Made by a program: the position numbers and the translations under genes
In this document: positions 18,977 through 27,853 of the stretch, one piece after another
Layout of the letters: each line of letters starts with the position of its first letter
Position numbering within the stretch: the first letter of the stretch is position 1
Assembly (NCBI GenBank): GCA_048940645.1
Contig: JBHLOI010000037.1
Coordinates: 1 to 34,609, forward strand
Length of the DNA: 34,609 bases
Direction: 5' to 3'
Source: Promethearchaeota archaeon
GTDB taxonomy: Archaea; Asgardarchaeota; Lokiarchaeia; Sigyniarchaeales; SOKP01
The notes under the pieces: model-generated
The model's input: only the letters and a program-made list of their open reading frames with translations
What the model was told of the DNA's origin: nothing
Databases searched by the model: none

Positions 18977-20002
18977 ATGGGAGAGCAAATAGAAATTACG
19001 AAACCTTCAAACCTATTTAATGGGGATGGTTCTCTTGTACAAAGAGGCTGGGCTCGAAAGCCAATATTAAAGTACAATAAGGAATATATAGGAAAAGGAT
19101 GGACTCGAATAAAAGAATGGGATCACTTTTCAGTTTTAAACAAAGATTTTGGATTTCAATTAACAATCGGAGATATTGGATATCTTACGCAGATGAGTTA
19201 TGTGTGGCTTGACTTTAAAAATAAAAAGCGAGATGGGCGAGTGCTTTTCAAATTTTTTACTAAGTCTAAACTGTTACCATTAAATTCCTTAGAGGACAAT
19301 ACTGTCGAATTTCCAACTAAAAAGTTTAAAGCCACTATCTCAAAACAAGGGAATAAGCGAATTCTCTTCATTGATGACTCTTCGTTCGAAAAAAAAGGAA
19401 TAAAAGGTACTATAACACTTGAAGATAATCCTAAATGGGATAATACAGTGGTTGTAACTGGGTATCAGGAGGATCCAAGACTATTTTATTATAACCATAA
19501 GATAAATATGATGCCCGCAGAGGGTAAATTGCGATTAGGAGAAAAAGCTTATGAATTCAATCCAGATTCATCATTCGGTTTAATGGATTGGGGACGAGGA
19601 ATTTGGCCATATAAAACTCATTGGTTATGGGGTTCTGCCTGCGGAATCGTCGATGGAATACCTGTTGCTTTTAATATTGGCTACGGATTTGGAGACCTTT
19701 CGACGCACACAGAAAATATTATTTTTTATAATGGAAAGGCCCATAAAATTGATGAAATTACCTTTCACCATGAAAGGCGGAACCCTTCAAAGCCATGGAA
19801 ATTTACCAGTAACGATAATAGATTTAATATGATGCTTAGAGCTCTAATTCCTCATACAGAGAAAATTAATCTCGGAATTATAAAACTAAATTCTTCATTA
19901 ATGCATGGATTGTACAATGGTGATTTAATATTAGATAATGGTGAGAAAATTCATATTAACAATATGTTAGGTCATGCTGAAGATATATTATGGCGCTGGT
20001 GA
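18977..20002 (+). CDS. DUF2804-family protein
   Basis: Motifs GWARKP, RIKEWD, FYYNHK, DWGRGIWPY...WLWGS, FNIGYGFGD and TEN. Confidence 0.85.
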   Translation: MGEQIEITKPSNLFNGDGSLVQRGWARKPILKYNKEYIGKGWTRIKEWDHFSVLNKDFGFQLTIGDIGYLTQMSYVWLDFKNKKRDGRVLFKFFTKSKLLPLNSLEDNTVEFPTKKFKATISKQGNKRILFIDDSSFEKKGIKGTITLEDNPKWDNTVVVTGYQEDPRLFYYNHKINMMPAEGKLRLGEKAYEFNPDSSFGLMDWGRGIWPYKTHWLWGSACGIVDGIPVAFNIGYGFGDLSTHTENIIFYNGKAHKIDEITFHHERRNPSKPWKFTSNDNRFNMMLRALIPHTEKINLGIIKLNSSLMHGLYNGDLILDNGEKIHINNMLGHAEDILWRW

Positions 20003-20043
20003 TTATAAAATTAAAAAAAATTATATTTTAGTTAATAATATTA

Positions 20044-20733
20044 GTGATCATTCTGAAAATAGTTATTTTTGAGCCTCATCCAGACGATCTATTGATGGGA
20101 GCTGGGCAAATCATTTTTAATTGGATTGAACAAGGACATGATATTCACATTATAACGGTTACAGATGGTCGTGCTTGCTACAGAAAAATGAAAGATGATA
20201 AAACGAGTGAGGCTTTAAAAATGACCGAGGATGAAATAGCCATAGAAAGATTAACTGAAGCTAAAAAATCAGTAGAATTTTTAGGTCTGCCTTCGGAAAA
20301 TCTTCACTTATTAAAATTCCCCGATGCAAAAGCTCAAGATTATATAAAGGAAGGCATTAAGACAGTTATACCAATTATTAAGGACGTAGATCGATTATTA
20401 TTACCTAGTGACCATAACTTCCATGAAGACCATCAAGCAACTCATGATATCGCGATTGGAGCTGCTAAAGTATTACAACTAAGAAATATTGAATATTGGG
20501 TATATTTTGTGCCACAATATGGTAGATTTAATAAAGATTCAAAAAATAAGTTAATAACTGTAAAAATTTCCGAAGAATTAAGGCAAAAATTAACTGAGTG
20601 GCTTCAAATCTATCAATCTCAAAAAAGAATGAAAAATACATGGAAATTATATACAAGGTATCTGAAATTTACTAAAGAGTTCATATATGGAAAGTATAAA
20701 TATGAAGATATTGGAAAATTTTATAATTTTTAA
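20044..20733 (+). CDS. PIG-L/LmbE-family deacetylase (start may be CTG at 20053)
   Basis: Zn-binding PHPDD and HEDH motifs, plus TVTDG, RLTEA and YQSQ. Confidence 0.9.
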   Translation: MIILKIVIFEPHPDDLLMGAGQIIFNWIEQGHDIHIITVTDGRACYRKMKDDKTSEALKMTEDEIAIERLTEAKKSVEFLGLPSENLHLLKFPDAKAQDYIKEGIKTVIPIIKDVDRLLLPSDHNFHEDHQATHDIAIGAAKVLQLRNIEYWVYFVPQYGRFNKDSKNKLITVKISEELRQKLTEWLQIYQSQKRMKNTWKLYTRYLKFTKEFIYGKYKYEDIGKFYNF

Positions 20734-20789
20734 AGGCTTTTTAAATTTCCTTCTTAAATTTTTAAGTTAATCCATCATTATGTTCTTAG

Positions 20790-20954
20790 ATGATAAACGA
20801 TAGGCTTTTATCGCAAGCAGTTGATATTATAAAAAGCTCTAAAGAAATTGTTGTATTTACAGGAGCAGGATTAATATTCATCAATCGAGATAACACTATA
20901 ATTTTTGAGAAAATCTCCAAAATGAAAATATTTAAATATGATATTACAATTTAA
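20790..20954 (+). pseudogene. Internally deleted sirtuin (Sir2/CobB-family) relic
   Basis: Hand translation: MINDRLLSQAVDIIKSSKEIVVFTGAG-LIFINRDNTIIFEKISKMKIFKYDITI*. The sirtuin N-terminal motif is joined directly to a C-terminal LxxIN-like motif. Confidence 0.7.
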
Positions 20955-21103
20955 AAATGGGAATTGAACGCAACGATTCATTGTAGGTAAAATCCTCTCA
21001 AGCGGCATTAACTTCGATTTTTAAATATATTTTTTTGAAAGATTAGAAATACCCCCCATATTTATAAAAATTTAAAATCTTTTTCGAGGGATATTGGTAA
21101 AGA

Positions 21104-22069
21104 ATGACTGAGATTACATTAGCTATTTTTATGCTGATTGGAGGATTAGGATTAATTGTTATCTGTAGTATTAAAGCAGTTAAACATTCAGCTATTCTTG
21201 CTGCAGCATTAGGTATATCTCCATTAGTAATTGGAGTTGCTTTAGTTTCTGTGGGAACTGATATATCAGAAATATTTAATTCAATCATATCATGTGCACT
21301 TGGTCATGGAGATATAGATGTGGGAGATAGTGTAGGTTCAGATTTAACTCAGCTCACATTAGTATTTGGATTATTACCATTAGTTTCTGGTGTTTTTTAT
21401 GTTCATAGAAAAGATATCATAATTTTGGGGGCATGTGAAGTATTATCATTAATACTAATATTTACTGTTGTTGAAAAAGGGTATTTTACAAGACTAAATG
21501 CAATACTTATGATTGGCTCCTTAGGAATATATATTTGGCTAATATATAATGCTAATAAAGAAAGTATATTGCAAAGAGTGGAGATGATTGAAAAAATAAA
21601 AGCTCCAAGAAGTAAAAAATTTCATTTACTAATTGCTATATTAGCTTTTGGAGGAGTTACTATCAGTTCCATTATGATAGTTGAATCAGTTATAACTATT
21701 TCTAGTATGCTAAATGTTCATGAATATATTCTTAGCTTCTTTGGAGTGGCTGTGGGAACATCTTTACCTGAATTGGCTGTTGACATTAATGCTCTTAGAT
21801 TAAAACATCATGATATAGCTCTTGGTGATATAATAGGTTCATGTATAGTAGATTCTACCCTCTCAATTGGTATAGGTCAAGCTCTTTTTCCGCAAACAGT
21901 AACTGCCAGTCTTGCGGTTCCTACGGTTTTATATACTTTATTTGCCAGCTTTATTGTTATATCACTTATCGCGGTTAGGAAAAAAGTAGACAGAAGAGCA
22001 GGAATAGTGTTCATTGGGCTATATTTGCTTTCTTATATATTCCTAATCTCCTTCTGGTTGCGTGCTTGA
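21104..22069 (+). CDS. CaCA-family Na+/Ca2+ (cation/Ca2+) antiporter, YrbG-like
   Basis: About 10 TM segments, with alpha-2 repeat GTSLPE...GDIIGS and alpha-1 repeat GTDISE...GDSVGS. Confidence 0.9.
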   Translation: MTEITLAIFMLIGGLGLIVICSIKAVKHSAILAAALGISPLVIGVALVSVGTDISEIFNSIISCALGHGDIDVGDSVGSDLTQLTLVFGLLPLVSGVFYVHRKDIIILGACEVLSLILIFTVVEKGYFTRLNAILMIGSLGIYIWLIYNANKESILQRVEMIEKIKAPRSKKFHLLIAILAFGGVTISSIMIVESVITISSMLNVHEYILSFFGVAVGTSLPELAVDINALRLKHHDIALGDIIGSCIVDSTLSIGIGQALFPQTVTASLAVPTVLYTLFASFIVISLIAVRKKVDRRAGIVFIGLYLLSYIFLISFWLRA

Positions 22070-22103
22070 TAACCTTGGTAATTATTAAAAGGAGTGATAA
22101 AAA

Positions 22104-22208
22104 GTGTCATCATTTATTTGGTTTGGAATAGGAATGATTTATTTAGCAATTATAGTTTTAGTTAATGTGTTTCTGGAAAAGGATGAGGAAAATCCTAGCA
22201 TTCTATAA
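22104..22208 (+). CDS. Putative 34-aa single-TM microprotein
   Basis: Strong RBS AAGGAGTGAT 5 nt before GTG. Translates MSSFIWFGIGMIYLAIIVLVNVFLEKDEENPSIL*. Confidence 0.6.
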   Translation: MSSFIWFGIGMIYLAIIVLVNVFLEKDEENPSIL

Positions 22209-22264
22209 AGGATTAAAAAACTAAGTTCAAGTATAATTAATTTTCTATGTTTATTAGCATAGAT

Positions 22265-22612
22265 TCATTCAGGCATATAGAATTTACATAAACTACACTG
22301 CTTTGCCTTTAATCGTCTTTCTGGTCCTAGAATTATATATTTACTTTGCATTAATCCTCCGCATTTAGGACAATTTTTAGCAAAATTCTCTTTAATAGAA
22401 TTTAATACTATTTGTATACTTTTTTCTAACTTGAGCAACTCGTTTGCATTTTCAATTATTTTTTTTGCAGAAATTAGACCGATTCCCTTAATCCAAGCTA
22501 ATTCTTCTGGTTTTGCTTTTGAAATATCCTCAATAGATTTTACTCCTGCTTTATTTAAATTTAATGCTGCGATTGGACCAATACCCCTTATTCGCTCAAG
22601 TTCATTGGACAT
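22265..22612 (-). CDS. Helix-hairpin-helix DNA-binding protein with C-terminal Zn ribbon
   Basis: Two HhH motifs (IRGIGP, IKGIG) plus CPKC...CSLC. Confidence 0.85.
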   Translation of the reverse strand: MSNELERIRGIGPIAALNLNKAGVKSIEDISKAKPEELAWIKGIGLISAKKIIENANELLKLEKSIQIVLNSIKENFAKNCPKCGGLMQSKYIILGPERRLKAKQCSLCKFYMPE

Positions 22613-22760
22613 AATGCTGAATTTAAGACTATTTACGTATTAGATTTTCTATTAAAGAATTTTTAAGTTTAGAAACTCACATATATTGATATTATATATT
22701 ATTAAATTAATACAGAAAAAAAAATTTTAGATATTAAATATATTTGTTTCTTCTTACAAA

Positions 22761-23474
22761 CTATTTTTCTATTTGACGTCCTACACCTGAATAAATTAAA
22801 TATCCTCCCGCTATCGCTAAGATCAGCCCTATTATTCCCATTATCAATCTAAAATTATCGTCATTAAGCCAATTAGATACAAAAATTCCATACATAAAAA
22901 TTATAAGAGCACAGAATCCAAATATAAATAATCTCCATTTTTTCTTAAGATTAACGTCTTCAAATTTAGCATATATTTGAAACGATAAAATAAGCAAAGG
23001 TACAACCGCTACACTCTCAATGATTAATAAATATATAAAAAATGGTAAACTCCAAACGGGAGACCATTTAGCATTAAAAGTGACTCCATATCCAGGAATC
23101 AGTAGAAAGATCATCATGCAAAACATAACAATACCGTAGATAATTAATACAGCTAATTGTTTCGATGTAGTTATTATCTTTTCAGATTTTAATATTATCA
23201 AGTTGAAAACGACAAGAAATATTGGTGAGTAAAATATTCCAAAATTAGTAATAAAATTTAATATCAGTACAACAGTTACATCTTCAAGAGGTCCATAAAT
23301 GAAATTAACAAAGAGACCAACAGCAGCAGATAAATAGAAGCCTGCAAAAATGATATTCAACCGCTTTCTATCTCGCTTTAAAATTTTAAATGCTAAAAAA
23401 AGAAAGAATAAAAAAATCAATCCCTGAGCGACATAAATCGTAATGATTCGCGTTGTAGTTATAAATAACACCAT
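22761..23474 (-). CDS. Seven-transmembrane protein (HisKA_7TM-like sensor fold suspected)
   Basis: Seven hydrophobic segments counted, no Lys in TM7 and no cytoplasmic output domain. Confidence 0.75.
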   Translation of the reverse strand: MVLFITTTRIITIYVAQGLIFLFFLFLAFKILKRDRKRLNIIFAGFYLSAAVGLFVNFIYGPLEDVTVVLILNFITNFGIFYSPIFLVVFNLIILKSEKIITTSKQLAVLIIYGIVMFCMMIFLLIPGYGVTFNAKWSPVWSLPFFIYLLIIESVAVVPLLILSFQIYAKFEDVNLKKKWRLFIFGFCALIIFMYGIFVSNWLNDDNFRLIMGIIGLILAIAGGYLIYSGVGRQIEK

Positions 23475-23632
23475 AAATTAATCACAATTATTGAATTTTT
23501 TATTAATTTTTGTAATTAATATTGTAATCCTATAATTTAAATGCATTTAACTTTAATTTAAATATGATTGATTAATTTCAATCGTTAATTTTTCTCGTTA
23601 AAAAAAGATAAAATTAAAAAATGTTTTAATTT

Positions 23633-23827
23633 CTATTGTTCACGCCATTCAATTCCACATTTACCGCACCTATACTTCTTACCGTATACTCTTGGATAAT
23701 CACTGATAATGTTTGTTTTATCAACAGATTCATGGATCATATTTTTATTCTCTTCACCACAAGATGGACACTTTCTACGTCCATCAGTTTTATCAATTGT
23801 TAATATTTTATTTGAACCTTCTCCCAT
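23633..23827 (-). CDS. Small Zn-ribbon protein
   Basis: CPSC...CGKC in 64 aa. Confidence 0.8.
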   Translation of the reverse strand: MGEGSNKILTIDKTDGRRKCPSCGEENKNMIHESVDKTNIISDYPRVYGKKYRCGKCGIEWREQ

Positions 23828-23993
23828 ACTAAAAATTTCAACTCCGCAACAACTAATTTATTTTATAATTATTTTTGATTATATAATGAGATTTGTAATT
23901 ATTAAATCTTATCAAGCAGAGTATTTAGATTTGCATACTTTATACTTCATACTGATTTATTTCTATTCCTAAATTCTTTTTATAGGAAGTTTT

Positions 23994-24605
23994 TTAAGAA
24001 TTAAATTGGTCATTTAATTCTTTTCCGTAAGTTTTAGCACGTTCTAATAATTCTGGATTTATATTTCTTAATTTTATCATAAAATTATCGATAAATTTAT
24101 TAAAAATTTCTAATATATCATTATTTTTATTTTGGATTTCGAAGCAGTATAGAAAACCTAAATCCTTAGCTTTCTGAATAAGATTAATTCTACTTATTCT
24201 TAATTTATCTGACAAAAATCCATTCTCGATAAAGAATTTATCAATTCCAACGAGAATTGAAACACCTTTAAACATATATACCTTATTAAATTCCTCAAAA
24301 CCTTTAAAAAGATCTCCATTAAAAGAATTAAGATTATATATGTCAATAATAACGATAATAGCATCTATCCTTCTAATATCTTCATAACGCTCATTCAATT
24401 GAACAAAATCCTTTCCATTAAATACCTTAATTTTCACTGGAATATCGTGATATATTATTAAAAATTCATTTAATTTTTCATTATTATCATTCCTTAAAGC
24501 ATTTCGCTTTAAATAACCAATGAGGAAATCTATTCCCGAGTTATCTGCTCCAATTATTCCAAGATTCAGGCTGAATTTGATTTTTTTCAATACTTCACGT
24601 CCCAA
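23994..24605 (-). CDS. Ras-like small GTPase-fold protein with degenerate G motifs
   Basis: LGIIGADNSGID (P-loop position without GK[ST]), DAIIVIIDIYNLNSF, ILVGIDK, and AKDLGFLYCFE...ILEIF follow the Rab-like pattern. TTG start. Confidence 0.65.
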   Translation of the reverse strand: MGREVLKKIKFSLNLGIIGADNSGIDFLIGYLKRNALRNDNNEKLNEFLIIYHDIPVKIKVFNGKDFVQLNERYEDIRRIDAIIVIIDIYNLNSFNGDLFKGFEEFNKVYMFKGVSILVGIDKFFIENGFLSDKLRISRINLIQKAKDLGFLYCFEIQNKNNDILEIFNKFIDNFMIKLRNINPELLERAKTYGKELNDQFNS

Positions 24606-24685
24606 AAATAATTATTACTGTCTTAATTCTATAATATAAATAGAACTTATTAATATAAAATATTGGTTAATAAACTTATCTTCTA

Positions 24686-25615
24686 ATGTTGGTAATATAT
24701 TTCTTCTTAGTGTTAATGATAGTTATTTGGAGCTTTTCATTTATAATAGTGGATATTTCAGTTGAGTTTATACCTCCTCTCTCTATAGCGCTATATAGGT
24801 TTATCATTGCCTCGATTGGGTTTCTTTTAATTGATTTGTATATTAAACTGAAAAAGAATAAAATCAAGAATAAAACTCCAAAAATAAAAACAAAAAGCTA
24901 TTCTAAAAGAGAATGGATTTATTTAGTCTTGGCAAGCTTTTTTGGAGTTTCTTTTTTCTTTTTTGCTCAATATTCTGCAATCAATCTAATTGGTCCTTCT
25001 CTTCCTGCATTGTTTGTGTGCCTTTTAGCACCCGTCATGATATCTATATTAGCCCTTATTTTCTTTAATGAAAAATTAAATAAATTAAAGATAGGTGGAT
25101 TCATAATTGCATCATTTGGAGGATTTTTGTTAGTATCAGGAGGTAATTTACAGAATATTACTCCAGAATCTCCCAATTTCTTAGGATATATGTTTGCACT
25201 TATGACTCCAATATTTTGGGCAATTTATTCTACAATAACCAAAAAAATTGTTAAAAATAGCTCTAGTAATCAGATGAATAAATATATCTCATATCTGGCA
25301 GTTATTGAGCTATTATTTTTAGTATTAATTAATAATGAATTTAAAATCTTTGTCCAAAACTTCTTTAATCCGATTTTATTTATAAGTTCAATATATCTTG
25401 GGATCGGATGCTATATAGTTGGCTACTACATCTGGCAATATTCTCAAAATAAACTAAAATCAGCAAAAGTGGCTTCTTTTTTATATATTGAACCGTTTCT
25501 TACCTTAATGTTCTCTATATTATTACAGAGAAGTGATGTAGTTGTGATTTGGAACATTTTAGGAGGAATTATTGTTTTAATAGCAGTTCTTATCATTAAT
25601 TATGAAAGGAAGTGA
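24686..25615 (+). CDS. DMT/EamA-family transporter
   Basis: About 10 TM segments, with IWSFSF, PPLSIALYRF, FFNEKL, WAIYS and FLYIEP motifs. Confidence 0.92.
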   Translation: MLVIYFFLVLMIVIWSFSFIIVDISVEFIPPLSIALYRFIIASIGFLLIDLYIKLKKNKIKNKTPKIKTKSYSKREWIYLVLASFFGVSFFFFAQYSAINLIGPSLPALFVCLLAPVMISILALIFFNEKLNKLKIGGFIIASFGGFLLVSGGNLQNITPESPNFLGYMFALMTPIFWAIYSTITKKIVKNSSSNQMNKYISYLAVIELLFLVLINNEFKIFVQNFFNPILFISSIYLGIGCYIVGYYIWQYSQNKLKSAKVASFLYIEPFLTLMFSILLQRSDVVVIWNILGGIIVLIAVLIINYERK

Positions 25616-25684
25616 TATATTCTAAATCAGTTCTTTCAATATTATTTTGATAATAAATTAGATAAAAAAAAATAATTAGAAAAT

Positions 25685-26248
25685 TCATTCAATAATTACA
25701 TCTATATAAAAATCCTGTGGTCCATAGTAAAATGTTTCTTCATATACTAAATCTGGTATAGAAATAGTGAGTTCAACCGCAACGGATACCGTGTAGGTTC
25801 CATTTACGATTTCAATTTCATCAGGACCTAATAAAATGTTTACATTCTGAGTTATTATATTTACTAGATCTTCAAGTGTAAATGTTAGTTCATAAAGTTG
25901 ATCATTGGGAGTTGTTATATTAATATAAATTGTTAGATCCACATATTGACTTAACAACTGAAGGGCTGTAGTTCCAACACTCTTCGCTTCTCCTCCATCA
26001 AAAAGATATTCATAAGGACCTACTTCAACATGTTGTACATTAACACTAGGAGTAGTAAAACCACTAAATTGCATGGTATTATACGAATCACTTGAAGAAC
26101 TAGATAAAGGTGTCATTAAACCAAATCCTGTACCTACAGATAATACATCAACTCTAAGACCATACATGAATACCGGGATTAATGCTACTAATGTACCTAC
26201 AGAAAGTATAGAAACAACCACTATGACAATTATATTTTTTCTTTCCAT
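25685..26248 (-). CDS. Hypothetical membrane-anchored/exported protein, beta-rich and acidic
   Basis: N-terminal hydrophobic helix, Ser-rich linker and NxT sequons (NIT, NGT). Confidence 0.7.
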   Translation of the reverse strand: MERKNIIVIVVVSILSVGTLVALIPVFMYGLRVDVLSVGTGFGLMTPLSSSSSDSYNTMQFSGFTTPSVNVQHVEVGPYEYLFDGGEAKSVGTTALQLLSQYVDLTIYINITTPNDQLYELTFTLEDLVNIITQNVNILLGPDEIEIVNGTYTVSVAVELTISIPDLVYEETFYYGPQDFYIDVIIE

Positions 26249-26405
26249 TTTTTATTCCTGAAAGTATTAATTAAATTTTTTCAATTAATTTGTAAAAATA
26301 ATATAAATATACCTATATAAAGGATTTTGGTATAAATTTTTCCGTTGTTATTTTAAGTGAGAATGTTTTCTGGATGAAATAAAAATAGGAGATTTCATAC
26401 TTAAA

Positions 26406-27830
26406 TTATATAAAGGTAGCAGCAATTTTATCAAGTTGTTTTACAAGAATTTCATCAATAGGATTGATTGAAGATAGTTTTTCTAGTTTTAGAGATTGCT
26501 CTTTTGCTCTTTTTCTGATAGATTTTGATCCTGCATCTTTCCATGCATCTCGAGAAAGTCTATCTATAATTGGACTAGGAAGAAATAATTCTTTTTTAAA
26601 TAGTTTCAAAGTGAGGGGATGTGATAATAATTCCTGTTTTTGATCGTAAGCTTTTAGAATATCTGAAGCAAAGGGAGCTCCAAAATTTTCAATACCTTTT
26701 AAAAATCTTTTTACCATCCCTATAATTTCATTATCAATTAATAATTTTTCAATACTCTGTGTAGATTCAAAATCTATCATTCCAGGTCCAGAAACCATAT
26801 TAATACCTGCTAAGCCTGCTAATAGTGCTCCCATTCCTGCTTCAAATCCTGCTTGCGCGTCGGGTACTTTTGAGTCACTAAGACTCATGTAGGCATGAGT
26901 CGGTAATTTTAAAAATTTACCCATCTCAACATCCCCTATATTTATCATCATTGTCTCTATAGCACCCATTGGAGTTGTACCCCTCCTCATATCTAAAACA
27001 GCTGGAGAACCGCCCCATATCAGTGGTGCTCCTTTTTTAGTTAATTGAACTATCACTATTCCTGCAAGACATTCAGCACAATGTTGGGTAATAGAACCTA
27101 TTAGAGTAATTGGAGCATTAGCACCAGCTAAAGGCATAGAAACGAATTCAGAGGGAATCATACTATTAGCGGCGTCAATAAGAGACTGGGTTGTTAAATC
27201 AGACCATTTTAGAGGAGGACTTGGGCAAGCGTCAAATACTGCTAAGGGTTTTCTAGCTAAATCTTCCTCTGATAACCTGCATGCTAAAAGTAATTCACGC
27301 ATAATTTTAAAACTTTCCTTCCGGAAGGTTCCAGTAATAACTGGTTTATAACAATTTGATAATGCAAGATACAAACGATGCCAGTCTTGAGCCTCTTTTG
27401 GCACATCTTGATAAACAATTGCAGTACTTTGAGCGTCAATAAATTTTAAGTGTTCTACTATTTTTGAAAAGCGTATAAAATCTTTAGATAAAGCCTGTCT
27501 AATTTCACCAGTTTTTTCATCTAGAATAAAAATAGCAGCGGATCCTGGATCAAAGTGAACATTATCTTTCGTTAATGAAAGAAACTTTTTTCCCTCTCGA
27601 TCATATAGATTAATTTCATTAGGTACTGATTCTAAACATTTATCTACCAAATCTGACGGAATAAAATAGCGAGAATTCCTTTTATCAATACCATATTGCT
27701 TGAATATCTTAATAGCATCCTCATTTTCCAGAAATATTCCTTGATTTTCAAGAATATCCCTTGCTTCATTAAAAATTTCAAGTTTATGTTCTTTATCTAA
27801 TAGCTGGATTTTTGGCTTTAAAATCGTCAT
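26406..27830 (-). CDS. MttB-superfamily (trimethylamine/glycine betaine) corrinoid methyltransferase, non-pyrrolysine
   Basis: Motifs SPPLKW, MPLAGANAPITLIG, AECLAG, DMRRG, SDSKVPDAQAGFE and LLIDNEI. No in-frame TAG. Confidence 0.92.
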   Translation of the reverse strand: MTILKPKIQLLDKEHKLEIFNEARDILENQGIFLENEDAIKIFKQYGIDKRNSRYFIPSDLVDKCLESVPNEINLYDREGKKFLSLTKDNVHFDPGSAAIFILDEKTGEIRQALSKDFIRFSKIVEHLKFIDAQSTAIVYQDVPKEAQDWHRLYLALSNCYKPVITGTFRKESFKIMRELLLACRLSEEDLARKPLAVFDACPSPPLKWSDLTTQSLIDAANSMIPSEFVSMPLAGANAPITLIGSITQHCAECLAGIVIVQLTKKGAPLIWGGSPAVLDMRRGTTPMGAIETMMINIGDVEMGKFLKLPTHAYMSLSDSKVPDAQAGFEAGMGALLAGLAGINMVSGPGMIDFESTQSIEKLLIDNEIIGMVKRFLKGIENFGAPFASDILKAYDQKQELLSHPLTLKLFKKELFLPSPIIDRLSRDAWKDAGSKSIRKRAKEQSLKLEKLSSINPIDEILVKQLDKIAATFI

Positions 27831-27853
27831 TTCTTAATCACTTCTAATTTCGC

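Noticed and set aside
20955-21103. Possible structured RNA or riboswitch upstream of the antiporter (CCCC...GGGG pairing)
   Set aside because: Only a short weak pairing, with no recognisable tRNA or riboswitch consensus.
22761-23474. Rhodopsin
   Set aside because: It has 7 TM segments but no retinal-binding Lys in the last helix.
26406-27830. Pyrrolysine-containing MttB / methanogenesis
   Set aside because: The ORF is uninterrupted with no in-frame TAG, and there are no pyl or mcr genes in the window.
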